In this document: positions 6,025 to 12,345 of the stretch, piece after piece
Position numbering within the stretch: the stretch's first letter is position 1
How the letters are laid out: the number at the start of each line of letters is the position of its first letter
Origin: a virus
Lineage: Duplodnaviria; Heunggongvirae; Uroviricota; Caudoviricetes
Reading direction: 5' to 3' (one strand)
IMG/VR virus record: IMGVR_UViG_2541047722_000005
DNA length: 15,805 nucleotides
Made by a program: the position numbers and the translations under genes
Notes under the pieces: generated by a model
Told to the model about the DNA's origin: nothing
The model's database searches: none
Seen by the model: only the letters and a program-made list of their open reading frames with translations

Positions 6025-7519
6025 TCTTTCACACATTATTGCCGCAGCATTCAATGAACCGCTGCTTCTGGAGCCCGCCTATGCGCGGGTTTTCTTTTGC
6101 GCGCTCGGGCGCGAGATGGGGGCAGCAAGTCTTTCGGTACCACAACAGCAGGTACAGTTTGATGCTCCCGGAATGCTGGCTGAAACGGACGAGTACATGG
6201 CCGGAGGTAAACGACCGGCCCGTGTTTACCGGGTGGTGAACGGTATTGCTGTACTGCCGGTGACCGGCACGCTGGTGCACCGGCTGGGTGGTATGCGGCC
6301 ATTTTCCGGAATGACAGGCTATGACGGCATTGTCGCCTGTCTTCAGCAGGCAATGGCGGATAGCCAGGTGCGGGGCGTACTGCTGGACATTGACAGTCCG
6401 GGCGGGCAGGCCGCCGGCGCGTTTGACTGCGCTGACATGATTTACCGCCTCCGTCAGCAGAAGCCGGTCTGGGCACTGTGCAATGACACGGCCTGTTCTG
6501 CAGCCATGCTGCTGGCGTCGGCCTGCTCCCGACGGCTGGTTACCCAGACATCCCGTATCGGCTCCATTGGCGTGATGATGAGCCATGTCAGCTATGCCGG
6601 TCATCTGGCGCAGGCCGGTGTGGATATCACGCTGATTTACTCAGGGGCGCACAAGGTGGATGGCAATCAGTTTGAAGCGTTGCCGGCAGAGGTTCGCCAG
6701 GACATGCAGCAGCGGATTGATGCGGCGCGCCGGATGTTTGCCGAAAAAGTGGCGATGTATACCGGTCTGTCTGTTGATGCCGTCACGGGAACAGAGGCTG
6801 CCGTTTTTGAAGGTCAGTCCGGCATTGAGGCCGGGCTGGCGGATGAATTAATCAATGCGTCGGATGCCATCAGTGTGATGGCCACGGCGCTGAACAGTAA
6901 TGTCAGAGGAGGCACTATGCCGCAATTAACTGCAACGGAAGCCGCCGCGCAGGAGAACCAGCGAGTGATGGGGATCCTGACATGCCAGGAAGCGAAAGGA
7001 CGTGAACAGCTTGCCACGATGCTGGCAGGACAACAGGGCATGAGCGTTGAACAGGCCCGGGCGATTCTGGCCGCGGCGGCACCGCAGCAGCCGGTGGCAT
7101 CCACGCAGAGTGAAGCCGATCGCATTATGGTGTGTGAAGAAGCGAACGGTCGTGAACAACTGGCGGCAACGCTGGCGGCGATGCCGGAGATGACGGTGGA
7201 AAAAGCCCGCCCGATCCTGGCTGCTTCACCGCAGGCGGATGCCGGACCATCACTCCGTGATCAGATCATGGCACTGGATGAGGCAAAAGGGGCTGAGGCG
7301 CAGGCTGAACAGCTGGCTGCCTGCCCGGGAATGACAGTGGAGAGCGCCCGGGCTGTGCTGGCTGCGGGATCAGGTAAGGCAGAACCGGTCTCTGCATCCA
7401 CAACCGCCATGTTTGAACATTTCATGGCGAACCATTCACCGGCAGCGGTACAGGGTGGCGTGGCACAGACGTCAGCAGACGGTGATGCGGACGTGAAAAT
7501 GCTCATGGCCATGCCATGA
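6014..7519 (+). CDS. C: Head maturation protease / minor capsid protein C homologue (501 aa), with C-terminal scaffold (Nu3-like) portion
   Basis: GTG start 6014 (VRRNLSHIIAAAFNEPLLLEPAYARVFFCAL matches lambda gpC N-terminus ...NLPHIASMAFNEPLMLEPAYARVFFCAL as recalled). Central region has S49/ClpP-like features (DIDSPGG, GAFDCAD, PVWAL.ND..CSA..LLASA.SRRLVTQT.R.GSIGVMM.H). About 60 aa longer than lambda C because of a tandem repeat expansion in the C-terminal part. Confidence 0.88.
   Translation: MRRNLSHIIAAAFNEPLLLEPAYARVFFCALGREMGAASLSVPQQQVQFDAPGMLAETDEYMAGGKRPARVYRVVNGIAVLPVTGTLVHRLGGMRPFSGMTGYDGIVACLQQAMADSQVRGVLLDIDSPGGQAAGAFDCADMIYRLRQQKPVWALCNDTACSAAMLLASACSRRLVTQTSRIGSIGVMMSHVSYAGHLAQAGVDITLIYSGAHKVDGNQFEALPAEVRQDMQQRIDAARRMFAEKVAMYTGLSVDAVTGTEAAVFEGQSGIEAGLADELINASDAISVMATALNSNVRGGTMPQLTATEAAAQENQRVMGILTCQEAKGREQLATMLAGQQGMSVEQARAILAAAAPQQPVASTQSEADRIMVCEEANGREQLAATLAAMPEMTVEKARPILAASPQADAGPSLRDQIMALDEAKGAEAQAEQLAACPGMTVESARAVLAAGSGKAEPVSASTTAMFEHFMANHSPAAVQGGVAQTSADGDADVKMLMAMP
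6704..7519 (+). CDS. nu3: Possible nested in-frame scaffold protein (Nu3-like), translated from an internal start of C
   Basis: By analogy with lambda, where Nu3 is the C-terminal in-frame portion of C. In-frame ATG 6704 (MQQRIDAARRMFAEKV...) with AGAGG 11 nt upstream; aligns with the lambda Nu3 start region (MDATRQMFAQKV) as recalled. ATG 6734 is an alternative. The start is inferred, not demonstrated. Confidence 0.35.
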   Translation: MQQRIDAARRMFAEKVAMYTGLSVDAVTGTEAAVFEGQSGIEAGLADELINASDAISVMATALNSNVRGGTMPQLTATEAAAQENQRVMGILTCQEAKGREQLATMLAGQQGMSVEQARAILAAAAPQQPVASTQSEADRIMVCEEANGREQLAATLAAMPEMTVEKARPILAASPQADAGPSLRDQIMALDEAKGAEAQAEQLAACPGMTVESARAVLAAGSGKAEPVSASTTAMFEHFMANHSPAAVQGGVAQTSADGDADVKMLMAMP

Positions 7520-7555
7520 AGTCAGTGCTGACCATCAATAGGAGGTTTTTACAAT

Positions 7556-7903
7556 ATGGTGACGAAAACCATCACTGAACAGCGTGCGGAAGTACGTATT
7601 TTTGCCGGTAATGATCCGGCTCATACCGCCACAGGCAGCAGCGGGATTTCCTCGCCAACACCGGCACTGACGCCCCTGATGCTGGATGAAGCCACCGGGA
7701 AACTGGTGGTCTGGGACGGACAGAAAGCCGGTAGTGCGGTTGGCATACTGGTACTGCCGCTTGAAGGCACAGAGACGGCGCTGACGTATTACAAGTCGGG
7801 AACCTTTGCGACGGAGGCAATCCACTGGCCTGAAAGTGTGGATGAACACAAAAAGGCCAACGCCTTTGCTGGCAGTGCCCTGAGTCACGCGGCGCTGCCG
7901 TAA
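7556..7903 (+). CDS. D: Head decoration protein (gpD homologue, 115 aa)
   Basis: AGGAGG (7540-7545) then ATG 7556; DPAHTAT...TPLMLD...KLV.WDG...AVGIL...LT.YKSGTF..E...WPE...K...AFAG.A matches lambda gpD as recalled. Confidence 0.9.
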   Translation: MVTKTITEQRAEVRIFAGNDPAHTATGSSGISSPTPALTPLMLDEATGKLVVWDGQKAGSAVGILVLPLEGTETALTYYKSGTFATEAIHWPESVDEHKKANAFAGSALSHAALP

Positions 7904-7910
7904 CACGTTA

Positions 7911-7932
7911 TCAGGCCACCGCGGTGGCCTGA
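7911..7932. repeat. 22-bp perfect palindrome TCAGGCCACCG|CGGTGGCCTGA in the D-E intergenic region
   Basis: Read directly from the sequence; GC-rich, centred on CCGCGG; not followed by a clean T-run. Confidence 0.8.
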
Positions 7933-7960
7933 CTGATTTCTGAATGAAAGGAACTGATTT

Positions 7961-8989
7961 ATGGGATTGTTTACGACCCGCCAGTTACTCGGTTATACCG
8001 AACAAAAAGTTAAATTTCGTGCGCTGTTTCTGGAGCTGTTTTTCCGCCGTACGGTGAATTTCCATACCGAAGAGGTGATGCTGGACAAAATTACCGGAAA
8101 AACGCCGGTGGCGGCCTATGTCTCCCCGGTTGTTGAAGGAAAAGTGCTGCGTCATCGTGGTGGTGAAACCCGCGTGTTGCGTCCGGGCTACGTCAAGCCG
8201 AAACACGAATTTAATTACCAGCAGGCGGTTGAGCGCCTTCCTGGTGAAGATCCATCTCAACTGAATGATCCGGCTTACCGCCGTCTGCGTATCATTACCG
8301 ATAACCTCAAACAGGAAGAGCACGCGATTGTCCAGGTGGAAGAAATGCAGGCGGTAAATGCTGTGTTGTATGGCAAATACACCATGGAAGGAGACCAGTT
8401 CGAGAAAATTGAGGTCGATTTTGGCAGGTCGACGAAGAATAACATCACTCAGGGTAGTGGTAAGGAGTGGTCAAAACAGGATCGTGACACGTTCGATCCT
8501 ACACATGATATTGACCTCTACTGCGACCTGGCCAGCGGTCTTGTGAATATTGCCATTATGGACGGTACCGTCTGGCGTCTTCTGAATGGTTTTAAGCTGT
8601 TCCGCGAAAAACTGGATACCCGTCGCGGTTCAAATTCTCAACTCGAAACGGCAGTGAAAGATCTGGGCGCAGTGGTGTCCTTCAAGGGGTATTACGGCGA
8701 TCTGGCCATTGTGGTGGCGAAAACGTCTTATATAGCAGAAGACGGTATCGAAAAACGTTATCTTCCAGATGGCATGCTGGTTCTGGGGAATACTGCTGCA
8801 GATGGGATCCGTTGTTACGGTGCCATTCAGGATGCTCAGGCGTTGTCCGAAGGTGTGGTGGCCTCTTCCCGTTATCCGAAACACTGGCTGACGGTAGGGG
8901 ATCCCGCCCGTGAATTTACCATGACGCAGTCCGCGCCGCTGATGGTGTTGCCGGACCCGGATGAGTTTGTGGTGGTACAGGTGAAATAA
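7961..8989 (+). CDS. E: Major capsid protein (gpE homologue, 342 aa)
   Basis: AAGGA 9 nt upstream of ATG 7961; similarity across the whole length to lambda gpE as recalled (PGYVKPKHE, RLP.EDP..L.DPAYRR.RII, AIVQVEEMQAV.AVL.GKYTM, KLDTRRGSNS.LETAVKDLG, RYPK.W.T.GDPAREFTM.QSAPLM.L.DPDEFV.VQ). Confidence 0.92.
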   Translation: MGLFTTRQLLGYTEQKVKFRALFLELFFRRTVNFHTEEVMLDKITGKTPVAAYVSPVVEGKVLRHRGGETRVLRPGYVKPKHEFNYQQAVERLPGEDPSQLNDPAYRRLRIITDNLKQEEHAIVQVEEMQAVNAVLYGKYTMEGDQFEKIEVDFGRSTKNNITQGSGKEWSKQDRDTFDPTHDIDLYCDLASGLVNIAIMDGTVWRLLNGFKLFREKLDTRRGSNSQLETAVKDLGAVVSFKGYYGDLAIVVAKTSYIAEDGIEKRYLPDGMLVLGNTAADGIRCYGAIQDAQALSEGVVASSRYPKHWLTVGDPAREFTMTQSAPLMVLPDPDEFVVVQVK

Positions 8990-8997
8990 TCCGTGAG

Positions 8998-9026
8998 CGG
9001 GGGCGAAATGCCCCCGTGTCTTTTTT
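8998..9026 (+). terminator. Candidate intrinsic terminator/attenuator immediately downstream of E
   Basis: 7-bp GC-rich stem CGGGGGC (8998-9004) / GCCCCCG (9010-9016), 5-nt loop GAAAT, then TGTC followed by TTTTTT (9021-9026). Lies between the E stop (8989) and the FI start (9041). Confidence 0.55.
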
Positions 9027-9040
9027 CACAGGGGGCTGAT

Positions 9041-9415
9041 ATGGCAACGAAAGAGCAAAATCTGAAACGGCTTGATGAACTGGCCCTGATTCTGGGGCGT
9101 GAGCCGGATATATCCGGGAGTGCCGCAGAGATAGCGCAGCGGGTGGCAGAATGGGAAGAGGAAATGCAGTCATCCGGCGATGATGTACAGGTTATGAATA
9201 TGGATATCCGGGAGCGGGAAACCGCGGCTCATGATGTTCGTGAGGAAACATCCGGCGCGTTAACGCGCATCAGAGTTCTGACCTGCCTCCATCTCTGTGG
9301 CGTTGATGGTGAAACGGGGGAATCCGTTGAGCTTGCGGATGTTGGTCGGGTGATTCTGATTATGTCCTCAGATGCAAAAACACACGTTGATGGTGGAATG
9401 GCTGTTTATGCGTGA
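9041..9415 (+). CDS. FI: DNA-packaging/head assembly protein FI homologue (124 aa from ATG 9041)
   Basis: Position between E and FII; GGGGG 6 nt upstream of ATG 9041; acidic protein. Sequence similarity to lambda FI is weak by my recollection, so the call is mainly positional. Confidence 0.6.
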   Translation: MATKEQNLKRLDELALILGREPDISGSAAEIAQRVAEWEEEMQSSGDDVQVMNMDIRERETAAHDVREETSGALTRIRVLTCLHLCGVDGETGESVELADVGRVILIMSSDAKTHVDGGMAVYA

Positions 9416-9761
9416 TTTTCAGAATGCCTTTGATGCCGCCCTTGCCGGGGTGGACAGTACGATTGTTGAAGTGATGGGCATCAGTGCGCAGTTCACCTCC
9501 GGTGCACAGCGTGGCGGCGAGGTTCATGGCGTTTTTGACGATCCGGAGTCGCTGGGTTTTGCCAGTAGTGGGATCCGTATTGAAGGAAGTAACCCGTCAT
9601 TATTTGTGCTTACGGATACGGTTTGTGCTGTACGGCGTGGTGACACGCTGACCATTAACGGCGAGATGTTCTGGGTGGACCGTGTTTCTCCGGATGACGG
9701 AGGGAGTTGTTATCTCTGGCTCAACCGGGGGCAACCACCTGCCGCCAGCCGTCGCCGCTGA
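9408..9761 (+). CDS. FII: Head-tail connector protein FII homologue (117 aa from ATG 9408)
   Basis: MRDFQNAFDAAL...GVFDDPE...G.R.EGS.PSLFV.TD.V...RRGDTLTI....FWVDRVSPDDGGSC.LWL.RG.PPA..RRR matches lambda FII as recalled, with the C-terminal third nearly identical. ATG 9408 overlaps the FI stop. Confidence 0.85.
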   Translation: MRDFQNAFDAALAGVDSTIVEVMGISAQFTSGAQRGGEVHGVFDDPESLGFASSGIRIEGSNPSLFVLTDTVCAVRRGDTLTINGEMFWVDRVSPDDGGSCYLWLNRGQPPAASRRR

Positions 9762-9772
9762 AAGGGGGATGT

Positions 9773-10351
9773 ATGGCCATAAAAGGTCTTGAGCAGGCCG
9801 TTGAAAACCTCAGCCGTATCAGCAAAACGGCAGTGCCTGGTGCCGCCGCAATGGCCATTAACCGCGTTGCTTCATCCGCGATATCGCAGTCGGCGTCACT
9901 GGTTGCCCGTGAGACAAAGGTACGCCGGAAACTGGTAAAGGAAAGGGCCAGGCTGAAAAGGGCCACGGTCAAAAATCCGCAGGCCAGAATCAAAGTTAAC
10001 CGGGGGGATTTGCCCGTAATCAGGCTGGGTAACGCGCGGGTTGTCCTGTCCCGACGCAGGCGTCGTAAAAAGGGGCAGCGTTCATCCCTGAAAGGTGGCG
10101 GCAGCGTGCTTGTGGTGGGAAACCGTCGTATTCCCGGCGCGTTTATTCAGCAACTGAAAAATGGCCGGTGGCATGTCATGCAGCGTGTGGCCGGGAAAAA
10201 CCGTTACCCCATTGATGTGGTGAAAATCCCGATGGCGGTGCCGCTGACCACGGCGTTTAAACAGAATATTGAGCGGATACGGCGTGAGCGTCTTCCGAAA
10301 GAGCTGGGCTATGCGCTGCAGCATCAACTGAGAATGGTAATAAAGCGATGA
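9773..10351 (+). CDS. Z: Tail assembly/completion protein Z (192 aa)
   Basis: MAIKGLEQAVENLSRISKTAVPGAAAMAINRVASSAISQSAS... appears nearly identical to lambda gpZ as recalled. ATG 9773; the upstream part of the track ORF is rejected. Confidence 0.92.
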   Translation: MAIKGLEQAVENLSRISKTAVPGAAAMAINRVASSAISQSASLVARETKVRRKLVKERARLKRATVKNPQARIKVNRGDLPVIRLGNARVVLSRRRRRKKGQRSSLKGGGSVLVVGNRRIPGAFIQQLKNGRWHVMQRVAGKNRYPIDVVKIPMAVPLTTAFKQNIERIRRERLPKELGYALQHQLRMVIKR

Positions 10352-10743
10352 AACATACTGAACTCCGTGCAGCCGTACTGGATGCACTGGAGAAGCATGA
10401 CACCGGGGCGACGCTTTTTGATGGTCGCCCTGCTGTTTTTGATGAGGAAGATTTTCCGGCAATTGCCGTTTATCTCACCGGCGCTGAATACACGGGCGAA
10501 GAGCTGGACAGCGATACCTGGCAGGCGGAGCTGCATATTGAAGTTTTCCTGCCTGCTCAGGTGCCGGATTCAGAGCTGGATTCGTGGATGGAGTCCCGGA
10601 TTTATCCGGTGATGAGCGATATCCCGGCACTGTCAGATTTGATCACCAGTATGGTGGCCAGTGGCTATGACTACCGGCGCGACGATGATGCGGGCCTGTG
10701 GAGTTCAGCCGATCTGACTTATGTCATTACCTATGAAATGTGA
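10348..10743 (+). CDS. U: Tail terminator protein U (131 aa)
   Basis: [68 protein letters not shown]... is near-identical to lambda gpU as recalled; ATG overlaps the Z stop. Confidence 0.93.
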   Translation: MKHTELRAAVLDALEKHDTGATLFDGRPAVFDEEDFPAIAVYLTGAEYTGEELDSDTWQAELHIEVFLPAQVPDSELDSWMESRIYPVMSDIPALSDLITSMVASGYDYRRDDDAGLWSSADLTYVITYEM

Positions 10744-10750
10744 GGACGAT

Positions 10751-11491
10751 ATGCCAACACCAAATCCTCTGGCACCGGTGAAAGGGGCCGGGACCACACT
10801 GTGGGTTTATAACGGGAGCGGCGACCCTTATGCAAACCCGCTTTCAGACAATGACTGGTCGCGTCTGGCAAAAATTAAAGACCTGACGCCCGGCGAACTG
10901 ACCGCTGAGTCCTATGACGACAGTTATCTCGATGATGAAGATGCGGACTGGACCGCGACCGGGCAGGGGCAGAAATCCGCCGGAGATACCAGCTTCACGC
11001 TGGCGTGGATGCCCGGAGAGCAGGGGCAGCAGGCGCTGCTGGCGTGGTTTAATGAAGGTGATACCCGTGCCTATAAAATCCGCTTCCCGAACGGCACGGT
11101 CGATGTGTTCCGTGGCTGGGTCAGCAGTATCGGTAAGGCGGTGACGGCGAAGGAAGTGATCACCCGTACGGTGAAGGTCACCAATGTGGGCCGTCCGTCA
11201 ATGGCAGAAGATCGCAGTACGGTGACGGCGGCAACCGGTATGACCGTGACGCCTGCCAGCTCCTCGGTGGTGAAAGGGCAGAGCACCACGCTGACCGTGG
11301 CCTTCCAGCCGGAGGGCGCAACTGACAAGAGCTTCCGTGCGGTGTCAGCGGATAAAACAAAAGCCACCGTGTCGGTCAGTGGTATGACCATCACCGTGAA
11401 CGGCGTTGCTGCAGGCAAGGTCAACATTCCGGTTGTATCCGGTAATGGTGAACTTGCTGCGGTTGCAGAAATCACTGTCACCGACAGTTAA
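10751..11491 (+). CDS. V: Major tail tube protein V (246 aa from ATG 10751)
   Basis: [119 protein letters not shown]... is near-identical to lambda gpV as recalled, including the C-terminal Ig-like domain. Confidence 0.93.
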   Translation: MPTPNPLAPVKGAGTTLWVYNGSGDPYANPLSDNDWSRLAKIKDLTPGELTAESYDDSYLDDEDADWTATGQGQKSAGDTSFTLAWMPGEQGQQALLAWFNEGDTRAYKIRFPNGTVDVFRGWVSSIGKAVTAKEVITRTVKVTNVGRPSMAEDRSTVTAATGMTVTPASSSVVKGQSTTLTVAFQPEGATDKSFRAVSADKTKATVSVSGMTITVNGVAAGKVNIPVVSGNGELAAVAEITVTDS

Positions 11492-11506
11492 TCCGGAGAG
11501 TCAGCG

Positions 11507-11929
11507 ATGTTCCTGAAAACCGAATCATTTGAACATAACGGCGTGACCGTCACGCTTTCTGAACTGTCAGCCCTGCAGCGTATTGAGCATCTCGCCCTGA
11601 TGAAACAGCAGGCAGAACAGGCGGAGTCAGACAGCAACCGGCAGGTTACTGTGGAAGACGCCATCAGAACCGGTGCTTTTGTGGTGGCGATGTCCCTGTG
11701 GCATAACCATCCGCAGAAGACAAAGCAGCCTTCCATGAATGAAGCCGTTAAACAGATTGAGCAGGAAGTGCTTACCACCTGGCCCGCGGAGGCAATTTCT
11801 CATGCTGAAAACGTGGTGTACCGGCTGTCCGGTATGTATGGGTTTGTGGTGAATGATGCCCCTGACCAGGCAGAGGACTCCGGGCCTGCAGAGCCTGTTT
11901 CTGCGGGAAAGTGTTCGACGGTGAGCTGA
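11507..11929 (+). CDS. G: Tail assembly chaperone G (140 aa)
   Basis: MFLKTESFEHNGVTVTLSELSALQRIEHLALMK.QAEQAESDSNR... is near-identical to lambda gpG as recalled; GGAGAG RBS upstream. Confidence 0.93.
   Translation: MFLKTESFEHNGVTVTLSELSALQRIEHLALMKQQAEQAESDSNRQVTVEDAIRTGAFVVAMSLWHNHPQKTKQPSMNEAVKQIEQEVLTTWPAEAISHAENVVYRLSGMYGFVVNDAPDQAEDSGPAEPVSAGKCSTVS
11905..11911 (+). other. Programmed -1 ribosomal frameshift slippery heptamer G GGA AAG (G to G-T fusion)
   Basis: GGGAAAG at 11905-11911 is in the G frame as G-GGA-AAG, 6 codons before the G stop; the -1 frame continues from 11911 as the T ORF. Same heptamer and position as the lambda G/T frameshift. Confidence 0.85.
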
Positions 11930-12345
11930 GTTTTGCCCTGAAACTGGCGCGAGAGATGGGGCGACCTGACTGGCGCGCCATGCTTGCCGGGATGTCATCC
12001 ACGGAGTATGCCGACTGGCACCGCTTTTACAGTACCCATTATTTTCATGATGTTCTGCTGGATATGCACTTTTCCGGGCTGACGTACACTGTGCTCAGCC
12101 TGTTTTTCAGCGATCCGGATATGCATCCGCTGGATTTCAGTTTGCTGAACCGGCGTGAGGATGACGAAGAGCCTGAAGATGATGTGCTGATGCAGAAAGC
12201 GGCAGGGCTTACCGGAGGCGTCCGCTTTGACCCGGACGGAAATGAAGTTATCCCCGCTTCCCCGGATATGGCGGGCATGACGGAGGATGACGTAATGCTG
12301 ATGACAGTATCAGAAGGGATCGCAGGAGGAGTCCGGTATGGCTGA
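11911..12345 (+). CDS. T: T portion of the gpG-T frameshift fusion tail assembly chaperone (expressed only as G-T via -1 frameshift)
   Basis: -1 frame ORF beginning at the slippery site (VFDGELSFALKLAREMGRPDWRAMLAGMSSTEYADWHRFY...), with no independent start expected; overlaps the H start. Confidence 0.85.
   Translation: MFDGELSFALKLAREMGRPDWRAMLAGMSSTEYADWHRFYSTHYFHDVLLDMHFSGLTYTVLSLFFSDPDMHPLDFSLLNRREDDEEPEDDVLMQKAAGLTGGVRFDPDGNEVIPASPDMAGMTEDDVMLMTVSEGIAGGVRYG

Noticed and set aside
9707-9772. N-terminal extensions of the Z ORF (9707), and likewise V (10721), FI (8993), FII (9372) and B (4402) in the track
   Set aside because: In each case the lambda-homologous N-terminus begins at a downstream ATG with appropriate context; the upstream portions are open frame overlapping the preceding gene.
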